Notes: a model not told the origin generated them from the letters alone. A stretch of DNA of 64,000 nucleotides from Spirochaetota bacterium (GCA_963664815.2 CAXXHB010000003.1:1472001-1536000); one strand, 5' to 3'; positions 1 to 10,706 are shown, counted from the first letter of the stretch. Numbers and translations: made by a program.

Positions 1-1
1 G

Positions 2-1534
2 GATAAGGACAAGATCGATTCAATCCGCTATATTCAGAACAATGATTTTTTTATGCGGAAAGGGATAAAACTAGACGTGAAATCGATTATTAAATCGGAA
101 TATGAAACAATTTCGAGATCATTTGCCAGGGAGGAGGTTATCTTTAATCCTTCATTATATTTCAACGAGGCTGTTATCGGCATTTCGCTTCCGTATGATC
201 CGGCCGTGAGTGATTCTATTATAATAATATTCTATTCGATGGACAAAATACTGGAGTCAATAAGCACGGGTGGAATAATAAACAGCATAATCGTCGCAGG
301 AAACGGTGATATTATTGCACACAGGGACAGGGATCTGGTAAAATCAAAAACGAACTACGCAACAATGCCGGTTGTGAGTCTTATGATGAAAAACCCGAAT
401 CCCAATGCGCAGACAGCATATACTGATGAAACAGGCGCAAAATGCCTTGGCGCATTTAACAGGATAGGTTTTTCAGACGGAGCAGTCGTTTCATATGTTA
501 AACAGGATCAGGCTTTCGCCATGGTCTACAAGATCCAGCGGATTATTATATGGCTTACCGGGGTTGTACTCTCGGCTTCGTTTCTGATAACACTTTTATT
601 CTCACGTTCATTGAGCAGACCTATAAAAATGCTCACAGATGCATCCCGTAAAATAAAGGAGGGGATCTATGATCTTGAGATATCATCTGTTTCGCATGAT
701 GAGATTGGTGAACTGACAGATTCATTCCGCGATATGGCACAGGGGCTGGCTGAAAGGGAGAGGATAAAGAGCGCATTCGGGAAATTTGTAAATAAAACTA
801 TTGCCGATCTGGTATTGAACAACGAGGTTAAGGTGGGGGGGGAGAGAAAGGACGTTGCGGTTTTCTTTTCAGATATACGCTCTTTCACCAGTATTTCCGA
901 ATCGCTTGAACCGGAAGAGGTTGTTGAATTTTTAAATCAATATATTGAACGGATGGTTAACTGCGTAAACAGGACAAGGGGTGTTGTTGATAAGTATATC
1001 GGTGATGCAATAATGGCCATATGGGGCGCACCGGTTACATCCGGCGACGATCCCTTTAATGCGGTAAATGCCTCTCTTCTGATGAGGGAACAGCTTATTG
1101 AATTCAATGCCGACAGAGGAACGGAAAAGAAACCTGTAATCAGTATAGGTATGGGTATACATTACGGACCGGTGCTTGCTGGACAGATAGGATCAGAGGA
1201 TAAAATGGAGTACACCGTAATAGGTGATACTGTAAATCTTGCGTCGCGTATTGAGAGCCTTAACAAGGCTTTCGGTACTGATATACTGATTTCTGAGGAG
1301 ACTGCAAACCGGGTTAAAGACAGGTTCAGGATGGTTCCCATGGAAAAAATCTCAGTGAAGGGTAAAAGCGAACCTCTTACAGTTTATGCTGTTCTTGGAC
1401 GTTTCGCTAATCCAGATTCACCAAAAACCATAACTGAGCTGAGAAGGCTTCTGGGAACCGAGGATTCTTTTAAAGAAAAAGGCGACAAGAATTATACTTT
1501 TGATAAAGAAGTAAAGTATGAAATACCTGGCTAA
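2..1534 (+). CDS. Membrane class III adenylate cyclase (Cache-like periplasmic region, TM, HAMP, cyclase domain); 5' end lies outside the window
   Basis: Frame is open from base 2. Motifs FFSDIRSFT, DKYIGDAIM, EYTVIGDTVNLASRIE (metal Asp pair, Lys/Thr ATP-specificity residues, Asn/Arg). HAMP-like SRPIKMLT...DEIGEL follows a TM helix. Confidence 0.93.
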   Translation, partial: DKDKIDSIRYIQNNDFFMRKGIKLDVKSIIKSEYETISRSFAREEVIFNPSLYFNEAVIGISLPYDPAVSDSIIIIFYSMDKILESISTGGIINSIIVAGNGDIIAHRDRDLVKSKTNYATMPVVSLMMKNPNPNAQTAYTDETGAKCLGAFNRIGFSDGAVVSYVKQDQAFAMVYKIQRIIIWLTGVVLSASFLITLLFSRSLSRPIKMLTDASRKIKEGIYDLEISSVSHDEIGELTDSFRDMAQGLAERERIKSAFGKFVNKTIADLVLNNEVKVGGERKDVAVFFSDIRSFTSISESLEPEEVVEFLNQYIERMVNCVNRTRGVVDKYIGDAIMAIWGAPVTSGDDPFNAVNASLLMREQLIEFNADRGTEKKPVISIGMGIHYGPVLAGQIGSEDKMEYTVIGDTVNLASRIESLNKAFGTDILISEETANRVKDRFRMVPMEKISVKGKSEPLTVYAVLGRFANPDSPKTITELRRLLGTEDSFKEKGDKNYTFDKEVKYEIPG

Positions 1535-3596
1535 TATTGTAATCGCAATCAGTATCGGTTTTCTCGGCTACTGCTCATACTATCTTTATAAAGAATTGAC
1601 CTCTCATGTTGATAAAAAGGGTGGTGAGGTAATAGGGAACATTGTATTCAAGAAAAAAAATGCATCAAGAAGATATACTGACAGCGTAATATGGGAGGAT
1701 ATTGCGCAGGAATCGGAGATATATAATTACGATGCTATCCGCACGATGGAGCAGTCCTCGGCGGTACTCACACTTAAAGACGGGACTAAAATTGAACTCG
1801 ACCAGAATACAATGCTCGTTGTTATAATGACAGATAAAGCGTTGAATATTAATTTCGATAAAGGTGGAGTTACGGCACAGAACACGTCCGGTTCGCAGAG
1901 TTCAATTGTCCTGAATTCAAAAGATGCTTCAATAGCTCTTAACAAAGGTGATATATCAGTCAACAGCGATGATGGCGGTATGGATATTCACCTTAATTCC
2001 GGGAATGCCAAGGTTTCTGCCGGCGGCAAAGAACTCTCAATCACACCAGATGTGGCGGCAACGTTGAAGAACGGGGTTGCAGAATCAAGCAATGAGGAGC
2101 TGATCCCTGAGTACCCGAAACACAATTCACACATGGTGTCTTTTGACAAATCCATGCCGGTGAGCTTTTCGTGGAAGAGCGGGGCAACAGGTGAGGCAAA
2201 GGTGGAAATTGCACTTAATAACAGGTTTAATCCGGTGCAGAAAAGCTATACATCAAGAAAACCGTCACTTACAGCCGAGCTGCCGGCCGGAGACTACTAC
2301 TGGCGTGTTGTTAAGGGTAAATCGGTCAGTCGTTCAGTAAAGTTTTCGATACTGTCGGATAAAAAGCCTGAACTTATGACGCCATATTCAAACCAGAAAA
2401 TAGTATTAACAGAAGGGGCGGAGAATGTAACATTCCGCTGGGATAAATCTAAGTATGCAGTAAACTATGAAATAACTGTAGCAAGGGATAAGGAGATGTC
2501 GGATATTGCACTGAACCTGACATCGAGGATTAATATAATATCTGCATCACAGCTTGAGCAGGGAAATTATTTCTGGAGAGTGAAAAGCATATATCCTGAA
2601 GGTATGCTTGCAGATTCCACAACATCCGGTCCCGGTTTATTTTCGCTGGAAAAACGACAGTTCGCCCTTGCAAGGGTAATACCTATAGACCAGGGGAGTG
2701 TAACAACGGGCGGGGCATTCAACCTGAAGTGGAAAGGTATGGATGGAGCAAAGGGTTACAGGGTGGAGATTGCCTCCGACCCGGAATTCAGCAGCATTAT
2801 AATGGCGAAGAATGCTGTTGCTACATATGTAAGGATAGATGAAAAATTATCTCCGGGAAAATACTACTGGCGGGTAAACGCCGCGAGGGGGGGGAAAAAC
2901 TCGGAATGGTCAGAAACAGTGCTTCTCCCTGTAACTGAACCTGTTGAGATAAATCTTCTGTACCCGGTAGCGGGAGCAGTGCTTTTTGAGAAACCGGAAA
3001 CAATTAATTTCTCATGGAGCGATCCAAACAGCGGCGGAAATTACACAGTTGAATTGTCGGAAAGGAATGACTTCAGGTATATAAAGGAATCACAGCAGAC
3101 ATCTTCATCGAATATAAAAATAGAGAGCCCTGGACTGGGTGTATACTTCTGGAGGGTTATACTGAAAGATAAAACCGGCAAAACTATTGCCCAGAGCAGA
3201 CCTGGTGATTTTACAATACCGGCCGATATGAAAGCGCCTGTGCTTATCTCCCCGAAAGAACATGAAAAAATTATTCCGGGAATCAGAAAGGGTTTGAGGC
3301 TGCAATGGGAAAAGATTGATGGTGTCAGCGAATATGAAGTGGAGCTTTTCCAGCGTATGGCGGGAACTGAAAGATCACTATCGGTATATACGGCTAAAAA
3401 ACCTTTTATTGATCTTGCAAACGAACTGCTTTACAAACCGGGGGAGTTCAGCTGGAAGGTAAAGGCAAAAAAAATGAAAGGGGGGAAGGTTACAGCCTAC
3501 AGGGAGTCTCAGAAATCATTTTTTGAAATTGAAGCCGTTAACCTGCTCCCGGCGCCGGTAATAAAAAGCCCTGAAATTCTTTTTAACTCGAAGTGA
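1518..3596 (+). CDS. FecR-domain membrane-anchored protein with about five Fn3-like repeats
   Basis: N-terminal TM; FecR-like DAIRT..SSAVLTLKDGTKIELDQNT; five GxY[YF]WRV-like motifs (GDYYWRV, GNYFWRV, GKYYWRV, GVYFWRV, GEFSWKV); overlaps the cyclase stop. Confidence 0.82.
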   Translation: MKYLANIVIAISIGFLGYCSYYLYKELTSHVDKKGGEVIGNIVFKKKNASRRYTDSVIWEDIAQESEIYNYDAIRTMEQSSAVLTLKDGTKIELDQNTMLVVIMTDKALNINFDKGGVTAQNTSGSQSSIVLNSKDASIALNKGDISVNSDDGGMDIHLNSGNAKVSAGGKELSITPDVAATLKNGVAESSNEELIPEYPKHNSHMVSFDKSMPVSFSWKSGATGEAKVEIALNNRFNPVQKSYTSRKPSLTAELPAGDYYWRVVKGKSVSRSVKFSILSDKKPELMTPYSNQKIVLTEGAENVTFRWDKSKYAVNYEITVARDKEMSDIALNLTSRINIISASQLEQGNYFWRVKSIYPEGMLADSTTSGPGLFSLEKRQFALARVIPIDQGSVTTGGAFNLKWKGMDGAKGYRVEIASDPEFSSIIMAKNAVATYVRIDEKLSPGKYYWRVNAARGGKNSEWSETVLLPVTEPVEINLLYPVAGAVLFEKPETINFSWSDPNSGGNYTVELSERNDFRYIKESQQTSSSNIKIESPGLGVYFWRVILKDKTGKTIAQSRPGDFTIPADMKAPVLISPKEHEKIIPGIRKGLRLQWEKIDGVSEYEVELFQRMAGTERSLSVYTAKKPFIDLANELLYKPGEFSWKVKAKKMKGGKVTAYRESQKSFFEIEAVNLLPAPVIKSPEILFNSK

Positions 3597-4681
3597 CAGG
3601 GATGAAAAGATTACTTTTACTGCTTCTCGCAATCATCATAACAAAAGCTGCCTATACGGAACCGGGCAGAAAAATTACATGGGAACCTGTTCCCGGCGCC
3701 TGGGGATATGTGCTTGAAATACAGAATTCAGGCGGAACTGTAATTGTTAACAGTGAAATAAAAGACAACTATTATTCAGTATCGGATTTCGAGCCGGGAG
3801 AATACCTCTTCAGGATAGCGACACTTAACCTGCTGAAACAGAAGGGTGAAAGCACCGGCTGGAACAGGTTTGTTGTGGCGAAGCTTTATGTTCCTCAGCT
3901 TTTCTCAGTCTCACGAAGGCAGATGGTCAGCTCCTATATGAACAAAAATATACTTGTAACGGGAAAAAATTTCATGAAGGAGAGCAGGTTCCTTCTGCGT
4001 GGAAACGGAAAGGAGGTAGACCTGACAGGGGGCGTTAAGATTATCTCGGCCGGTGAGGCCATGATCAGCTATAAGCCTGCGTCATCCCTTAAAGGGAGGT
4101 ATGATTTTGTTGTTGTAAACACGGGAGATGTTGAGGCTGTCTTAAAAAATGGAATGGAGATTGTTGAACCTGCAGAGGCTGAGAGGTTTTATTTTATAGG
4201 GATAGGGTATATGCTTAATGTCCCCGGAGGCTTCTGGGCAGATTACTTCGATACCTCGTATACCGGCGGGAAGATGTACTTTCAGTTTTCCTTTAAAAAC
4301 CCTGTATTACAGAATTTCCTGTTTGAAGCAGAGGCTGACGCGGTAAGGCATAACAACAAGAGTTCAATAAATAAAAGTTCGTTTCAGTACGCTTCACTCG
4401 GACTGGGGTTGGGATATTACTACCCCTTTGTAACAACGAACCTTGAGGTATTTATAAAATTCAACGGTGGACCGGTTTATACTGTACTGACGTTGAATAG
4501 TAATGTGGTGGATAAAAAGAACGCTACAGTCGATTATTTTGCCATGGGAGCTGCAGGTATGAGAATAAACATTGGCGACAGATTTTTTATTGAACCATCG
4601 GGAAGCTGGAAGACGATCTTTTACAAAAAGGAATACCTTCATGAAATGGGGGGATCGATCTGTGTCGGGTTTAAGATCTGA
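3593..4681 (+). CDS. Secreted protein: Fn3-like and IPT/Ig-like domains with a C-terminal outer-membrane beta-barrel
   Basis: Signal peptide; WEPVPGAWGY..PGEYLFRI; VTGKNF; alternating aromatic/Gly strands in the C-terminal half, ending VGFKI; GTGA overlap with the upstream stop. Confidence 0.65.
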   Translation: MTGMKRLLLLLLAIIITKAAYTEPGRKITWEPVPGAWGYVLEIQNSGGTVIVNSEIKDNYYSVSDFEPGEYLFRIATLNLLKQKGESTGWNRFVVAKLYVPQLFSVSRRQMVSSYMNKNILVTGKNFMKESRFLLRGNGKEVDLTGGVKIISAGEAMISYKPASSLKGRYDFVVVNTGDVEAVLKNGMEIVEPAEAERFYFIGIGYMLNVPGGFWADYFDTSYTGGKMYFQFSFKNPVLQNFLFEAEADAVRHNNKSSINKSSFQYASLGLGLGYYYPFVTTNLEVFIKFNGGPVYTVLTLNSNVVDKKNATVDYFAMGAAGMRINIGDRFFIEPSGSWKTIFYKKEYLHEMGGSICVGFKI

Positions 4682-4706
4682 AATTAAGCTTTAAGTAAAA
4701 GGAGAA

Positions 4707-7031
4707 TTATAAATTCTCCCAGTGCAAGTAGGGATAGCCGTTGTTTTTGGCTGCATTAATATCCCAGTTTGGTGCAGTAGAGAAGTCCCAGTTTATATAA
4801 GTTGATGCAGTTTTCATAGCGGCTGTATTTACCCCGTATACATATGTAGTTATACTTGCTCCTGAACCTGAAAATGAATCACTATTCCAGAAAAGATAAT
4901 TAAATGTGTTTGAAGTACCATCGTTTCCTATTAGAGCATTGGCTGAAAAAGCGGTACCGGTTGAATAGCAATAATCTATCGTGCCGAAGTTAGAGCCGAC
5001 AAGTCCACCCCTTATAGTACCGGATGTGACATTACCAGTTGAATAACAGTTAGATATTGAACCACTGTTAACACCAGCCAGACCTCCCGCACCAGTATTA
5101 CTCGCAGAGACGTTTCCTTTGGCACAGGAAAGAGATATAGAAAAACCTGCAGTTGAACTGTTATATCCCACAAGACCGCCTACCTGGGTATTCCCGGTGA
5201 CAGTGCAGTCTGAGTAGCATTGAGTTATTGTTCCGGCTGTAGATGAGTTGGTTCCGGCAAATCCGCCGATGGAACTTCCAGTGCCTGTAACAGTGCCTGT
5301 TATATGCCAGCACCCTGTTATTGTAGATGAATTTGAACCGATGAATCCACCAACACTGGATGTACCATTAACATTGCCGGTTGAATAATTGCCTGTGCTG
5401 ATTGATGCTGAAGATAATCCTGCGAATCCTCCTACATTAGACGTTCCTGTTACAGTTCCAGTTGCATAGTTATTTATACCGATAGAACCTGAATTGTTTC
5501 CCACGAACCCTCCAACCCATGCTGTACCTGAAATTGTACCTGCAGCGTAATTTCCGGTACTGATGCTTCCGGCAGATGAGCTGTAACCTGCAAATCCCCC
5601 GACATTTTGTGCTCCTGAAGCGTCACCAGTCGCATAATTATTCATCCCTATTGAACTTGAATTATTACCGATAAAACCGCCTGAATAATTAGCACCTGTA
5701 ACATCACCCGTAGAGTAATTGTTGTCACCTATAACGCCGCTTGATGAATTTTCTCCGACGAAACCGCCGACATCGTTTGCCGAAGATGCGGAAACATTTC
5801 CAGTGGAGTATGAATTATTGATGCTGCCACTGTAGGCATTACTGGCGACAAATCCGCCTGCTATTGTGGTTGAACCTGGTATTGTAACAGTTCCGGATGC
5901 ATTGCAGTTTGCTATACTTCCGCTGCGGTGATTTATACCTGCAAAGCCTCCGATATTATTTGTTCCTGTTACATCTGATGAAGATGAGGAACCGGTAATG
6001 CTGTAACCATATACTGTAAGTCCGTTGGTTCCGATCAGACCACCCGCATTGGTTGCACCATTTACATTTCCGGCTGATGTGCAGCTGCTTATTGAAAAAC
6101 CGGCAGGGCTGCATTCTGTGTGGCCAATAAGCCCCCCTGTATTATTTGATGTACCTGTTACAACAGCGGTTATATCGCAGCCGGAAACGGTGCAGTTATA
6201 GGCATAACCGATAAGTCCGCCTGTATTTTCATTTCCGCTGACAGTTGAAGATCCTGAAACATCACAGTTGGTAACTGTCGCTGCATTAATAGAACCTGCA
6301 AGGGCTCCGGTAAGGTCATGGCCTGTAATATTAACGTCAGCGAGATTAATATTCTGAATTACAGCGGAACTGGTTATGCTTCCGAAAAGACCCTGGTAGT
6401 CCGCTGAGGGACGGTTTATGGTGAGATCCTGTATTATAAAATTTCCACCGTCATAGTTTCCTGTGAATGGACTGGTACTGGTGCCGACAGGAACCCATCC
6501 CGTACCCGATGCGTAAGATGCAAGGGTGATATTTGTTGTCTGTTTAAAATATTTATTTGTATCAATACCGTTATTTACATTAGTAGAGAGATTTTTCAGA
6601 TGCGTTGAGGTGGCAATTTCATAAGGGTATGTTGCCGAACCGTCTCCGATTTTAACTGTAAATGATGATGTGTCACTTACCCTGTTTGGATCGCATACCG
6701 AGACCTTTATCTGGTATGTCCCTGGCGACAGAACCGTTGAATCAATTATAAAAGGGGATGTAAATTCTTTACCGTTGTAATATGTAGGATCCGAACCGTC
6801 TGTTGTATATTTGAAGACTGTTTCAGTATCGCTTGGGGTCATTATTATCTTGAATTTGTCATTGTTGTAACTGGATGTATCGGCGGGTGAACAGCTTGCA
6901 GTTTTTGTGATCACAGTGTTATATTTATCTGCTTTGACAGTAATGTCCTCCGATTGTCCGCAGGATGATATAAAAAAAACTGTAACCGGAATTGTTAATA
7001 ATGATTTTATTGATCTCTTCATTTTTGCCAT
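4707..7031 (-). CDS. GLUG-repeat surface lipoprotein with an Fn3-associated (YTTDGSDP) domain
   Basis: Lipobox-like FISSC; YTTDGSDPT; FTGNYDGGNFIIQDL; many VTG..xVGG[FL]xGxN repeats; C-terminal WD..NNGYPYL. Confidence 0.85.
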   Translation of the reverse strand: MAKMKRSIKSLLTIPVTVFFISSCGQSEDITVKADKYNTVITKTASCSPADTSSYNNDKFKIIMTPSDTETVFKYTTDGSDPTYYNGKEFTSPFIIDSTVLSPGTYQIKVSVCDPNRVSDTSSFTVKIGDGSATYPYEIATSTHLKNLSTNVNNGIDTNKYFKQTTNITLASYASGTGWVPVGTSTSPFTGNYDGGNFIIQDLTINRPSADYQGLFGSITSSAVIQNINLADVNITGHDLTGALAGSINAATVTNCDVSGSSTVSGNENTGGLIGYAYNCTVSGCDITAVVTGTSNNTGGLIGHTECSPAGFSISSCTSAGNVNGATNAGGLIGTNGLTVYGYSITGSSSSSDVTGTNNIGGFAGINHRSGSIANCNASGTVTIPGSTTIAGGFVASNAYSGSINNSYSTGNVSASSANDVGGFVGENSSSGVIGDNNYSTGDVTGANYSGGFIGNNSSSIGMNNYATGDASGAQNVGGFAGYSSSAGSISTGNYAAGTISGTAWVGGFVGNNSGSIGINNYATGTVTGTSNVGGFAGLSSASISTGNYSTGNVNGTSSVGGFIGSNSSTITGCWHITGTVTGTGSSIGGFAGTNSSTAGTITQCYSDCTVTGNTQVGGLVGYNSSTAGFSISLSCAKGNVSASNTGAGGLAGVNSGSISNCYSTGNVTSGTIRGGLVGSNFGTIDYCYSTGTAFSANALIGNDGTSNTFNYLFWNSDSFSGSGASITTYVYGVNTAAMKTASTYINWDFSTAPNWDINAAKNNGYPYLHWENL

Positions 7032-7237
7032 TGATAATTATATATTTAATAAATCTATAATAATTCGTTCTGATATTAATTATGGCCAAATATTAAATAT
7101 TGTCAATAAAATAATATGTAAAAAAAGCGCTGGATACTGTTACAGAGATTCAAAAAAATGAGCTGATTTTATTTCTGAGGATCTTCAAATGACATTAAAT
7201 ACAGGTGTGGAAACATGCCAGGCATATATAAAGCTCT

Positions 7238-7282
7238 TCCATCCGGAAAAGATTCATATATTTTAAATCGATTCCGGTGGAA
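7238..7282. terminator. Imperfect hairpin downstream of the DUF3795 gene
   Basis: ttccatccggaa ... ttccggtggaa inverted repeat. Confidence 0.35.
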
Positions 7283-7310
7283 TGAAAGTCTATAATTATT
7301 ATCTTTTTTA

Positions 7311-7664
7311 TTATCTTTTCATGGCCATACGACCTTCTGAAGCCATATGCCTGGCAAAATTTTCGTAACCGTTTTGCTTTATATATTCAATGCATTTACG
7401 CCTGTCAGATCTGAAGATAAGTCCGAATAAACGTGAGATCGGATTATGAAATTCCCTGCATTCCAATGGTTCGGTATAAGTGGTGCAGTCGCTGCAGCTT
7501 TTATAATTATTGGTTATGCAGCATTTTCTTACTCCGCACCATGTGGCTTTTTCGTTTTTTGCACATCCCGGGCATTTACCTTTGGCGTATTTACCGCATG
7601 CTTCACAGTATAATCCGCAGTATGCTATGTTTTCAGCATTAACATTAATTGTTTTATTATTCAT
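7311..7664 (-). CDS. DUF3795 Cys-rich protein
   Basis: IAYCGLYCEAC, CPGC, CGVRKCC, CSDC; AAGGAGG RBS precedes ATG 7664. Confidence 0.85.
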   Translation of the reverse strand: MNNKTINVNAENIAYCGLYCEACGKYAKGKCPGCAKNEKATWCGVRKCCITNNYKSCSDCTTYTEPLECREFHNPISRLFGLIFRSDRRKCIEYIKQNGYENFARHMASEGRMAMKR

Positions 7665-7764
7665 AATATTACCTCCTTTTTCTAGGGAAACATATGTGTA
7701 GTATAATGTCAAGCAGAAATTTAAGTTTACTGTACCTGTTCATTAATCAACCCATGTATGACAA

Positions 7765-8226
7765 CTATGCCTCTATTACACCTGTTGATTTAAGAGTGTC
7801 CATCTTTTTCGAGATAGGATATTGCAGGAATGTACCCATTCCCTTTGCTATAAGTCTTCCGCTTTTTGCATCCTTTATGCTGCCGCTGGTGCATATTATA
7901 GTTGAACCTGAGAAATCGATATCGGCGGTACCTTCGAGTACTTCACCAGGCTTACCGGTGGATAGATAGTTTATTTTATACTCAACCGTTGAGCAGAGAT
8001 TACCCTGAGATACGGCAAGCGAAAGGGCTGTAACACCGAGAACTGCATCCATCATTGCAGAGATAACTCCCCCGTGGCACTGGTCGGGGGAGGTAAGGTG
8101 GTCGTCAATAACCTCCAGGGTATAGGTAATTCTCCCCGGAGCGTGAACCTGAAGTTTCATCCCGAGAAATCTGTCAAAGCGTACAAGCTCAGAATAATAC
8201 TTTTCAAAAATATCCATAGATACCAT
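7765..8226 (-). CDS. PaaI family hotdog thioesterase
   Basis: HGGVISAMMD, TVEYKINYL. Confidence 0.9.
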   Translation of the reverse strand: MVSMDIFEKYYSELVRFDRFLGMKLQVHAPGRITYTLEVIDDHLTSPDQCHGGVISAMMDAVLGVTALSLAVSQGNLCSTVEYKINYLSTGKPGEVLEGTADIDFSGSTIICTSGSIKDAKSGRLIAKGMGTFLQYPISKKMDTLKSTGVIEA

Positions 8227-8348
8227 GCAATTCTCCTGCGGAATCAGATCATTTATATAATAATTAAAACAGATATCGAAAACTATGCAACATTTAATTG
8301 AATTAATTCAGTAATAATTAAAGTTCGATTAAAACCGGAACATTCAGT

Positions 8349-10520
8349 TTAACTTTTTTTCTGTGATATTTTATCAAGTATTTCGTGAGTCAGAACTTCC
8401 GTGTTGTAATCTCTTTTCAGCAGTTCAAAGGGTATAATGTAGTTACATCCCTCCCTGTAACGGTTGCACCCGAAGGCCGTTCTCCCTTTTATTATTTTTC
8501 CGGTTTTGCACACAGGGCAGACCAGTTCCTGTTTTTCAGGTGAAGCCGGTTTTTCATCTGACAGCAGTTTCTTCTCTTCAGAAAGAACTTTTTGCGGAGC
8601 CTGTTTCTTAGCCTGCTTCTCAGATGAGGAAACGCTGTTCTTTTTTGAAACTTTTTTTACTGTTGTTCTGCTTTTCGCGGGTGATTCTTTGATTTCAGTT
8701 TTTAAGTTCCGCTTTTTTTTATCCGCAAGCTGTATCATTTTGCCGGTCTCTTTTTTAACATCAGATACAAGGTTTGATACCATGTTTTTCATCTCCTGGA
8801 GAAACAGCGATGCATGGTAATCACCCTTTTCTATAAGGCGTAGTTTCCCCTCCCATATTCCGGTCAGTTCAACCGATTTAAGGAGATCATTCTCTATTGT
8901 ATCAATAAGCTGGATACCTGTTGCTGTCGGGATGATGTTCTTCTTCTGGCGTATGATATAGCTGCGCCTGAACAGTGTCTCTATAATACCGGCCCTTGTT
9001 GAGGGGCGCCCTATTCCGTTCTCCTTCATCGCATCGCGGATTTCCTCATCATCAGACCATTTGCCGGCAGTCTCCATGGCGCGGAGGAGTGTGGCCTCGG
9101 TATAATGCCTTGGCGGTTTTGTCTCCTTTTCTTCAGTTTTCGGTGTATGAGGGCCTGATTCACCTGTTACAAATTCCGGTATTAATTGCGATTCCTCATC
9201 TTCTTCCTTTTTCTCATTGTCATCCTTTTTTTCCGGCCTGGGATAGAGCACGCGCCATCCATCCTCAATAATCTGCCGGCCGGAAGCCTTGAACTTCACT
9301 TTATCCGTTTCCCCCAGGGCAGTGGTATTTGAGACTATGCAGTCGGGGTAGAATACGGCTATGAAACGGCGTGTTACCGCGTCATAAACCTTTTCGTCAT
9401 TTGGTGACAGATTCCGGGGGTTTACCCCCGTGGGAATAATCGCATGGTGGTCTGTTACCTTTGAGTCATCGAAAACCTTTTTACTTTTACGTACCGGTCC
9501 GGTCAAAAGCGGTTCAACTTCATTTGCGAATGATTTAAGTCCTTTGAGGATTCCGGTTACCTTAGGATAGATGTCAGAAGGGAGAAACCTCGTATCCACC
9601 CTGGGGTAGGTGATGAATTTTTTCTCGTAGAGATTCTGAACAATCTTCAATGTGCTGTCGGCGGAGAAGCCGAACTTTTTATTACATTCAACCTGCAGCG
9701 AGGTAAGGTCAAACAGCGACGGTGGAGGCTCGGTCCCTCTTTTCTTTGTGAAGGATGTAACTGTAAAAATTCTGTCTTTTATTCTTTCAAGAATTTCATC
9801 TGCCGCATCTGAGCTGCTGAACCTGCCGTCAACTGCAGAAAATGTAACTTCACGGTAGATTGTTTTAAGCTCCCAGTATTTTTCAGGGGTGAAGTTCTCT
9901 ATCTCGTAGTTCCGTTTTACAATAAGAGCCAGTGTCGGTGTCTGTACTCTCCCTATTGAGAGTACACCCTTGCCGTTAGCGTACTTGAGAGTATATAGCC
10001 TTGTGGCATTCATACCAAGGAGCCAGTCACCAACGGCGCGGGAGTTCCCCGCTTCATAGAGAAGGTCGTAATCGCTGCCGTTTTTAAGTTTTGTAAATCC
10101 CTCCCTTATGGCCTCTTCTGTGAGAGATGAGATCCATAGCCTCTTGACAGGTTTTATGCATCCGGCTTTTTTAAGTACCCAGCGCTGTATTAGCTCACCC
10201 TCTATTCCGGCGTCACCGCAGTTTATAACCTCGTCGCAGCTCTCAAAAAGGGTTTTTATTATTTTAAACTGTTTTCCGACACCTGGGTTTGAAATGAGCT
10301 TAATGTCAAAGTTATCGGGAATCATCGGCAGGGTTTCAATGCTCCACCTTTTCCACCCTGCGGTGTAGTCGTCAGGTTCCATCAGGGTGCAGAGATGACC
10401 GAAAGTCCAGGTGACCCTGTAGCCGTTTCCTTCAAAGTACCCGTCTTTTTTTATATTTGCGCCGAGAATCTGTGCAATCTCCCTTGCAACACTAGGTTTT
10501 TCAGCAATACATACTTTCAA
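8349..10520 (-). CDS. topB: DNA topoisomerase III (type IA)
   Basis: IAEKPSVA, CGDAGIEGELI, GRVQTPTL, ITYPRVD (catalytic Tyr), DHHAIIPT, GIGRPSTRA; C-terminal Zn ribbon. Confidence 0.95.
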   Translation of the reverse strand: MKVCIAEKPSVAREIAQILGANIKKDGYFEGNGYRVTWTFGHLCTLMEPDDYTAGWKRWSIETLPMIPDNFDIKLISNPGVGKQFKIIKTLFESCDEVINCGDAGIEGELIQRWVLKKAGCIKPVKRLWISSLTEEAIREGFTKLKNGSDYDLLYEAGNSRAVGDWLLGMNATRLYTLKYANGKGVLSIGRVQTPTLALIVKRNYEIENFTPEKYWELKTIYREVTFSAVDGRFSSSDAADEILERIKDRIFTVTSFTKKRGTEPPPSLFDLTSLQVECNKKFGFSADSTLKIVQNLYEKKFITYPRVDTRFLPSDIYPKVTGILKGLKSFANEVEPLLTGPVRKSKKVFDDSKVTDHHAIIPTGVNPRNLSPNDEKVYDAVTRRFIAVFYPDCIVSNTTALGETDKVKFKASGRQIIEDGWRVLYPRPEKKDDNEKKEEDEESQLIPEFVTGESGPHTPKTEEKETKPPRHYTEATLLRAMETAGKWSDDEEIRDAMKENGIGRPSTRAGIIETLFRRSYIIRQKKNIIPTATGIQLIDTIENDLLKSVELTGIWEGKLRLIEKGDYHASLFLQEMKNMVSNLVSDVKKETGKMIQLADKKKRNLKTEIKESPAKSRTTVKKVSKKNSVSSSEKQAKKQAPQKVLSEEKKLLSDEKPASPEKQELVCPVCKTGKIIKGRTAFGCNRYREGCNYIIPFELLKRDYNTEVLTHEILDKISQKKS

Positions 10521-10706
10521 ATGTCTATACCCCGGCCAGGCTGCCTGTTATGTAGTGTCTATAATTTAATGCGGGAAATAAGTCAAGGAAAACCGTGAAC
10601 AGCAGTTTTAAAAATTTCTGTTAAATAAAGTTAAGACTGAGTGAATAGTAGTTGCCGCTGTAATCAATATTCACTATATATGAGTATATTGTAAAGTATA
10701 TGACTG

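Noticed and set aside
4707-7031. Internal nucleotide repeats in the GLUG gene as a diversity-generating or phase-variable system
   Set aside because: Explained by protein-level GLUG repeats; no reverse transcriptase, template repeat or recombinase is present
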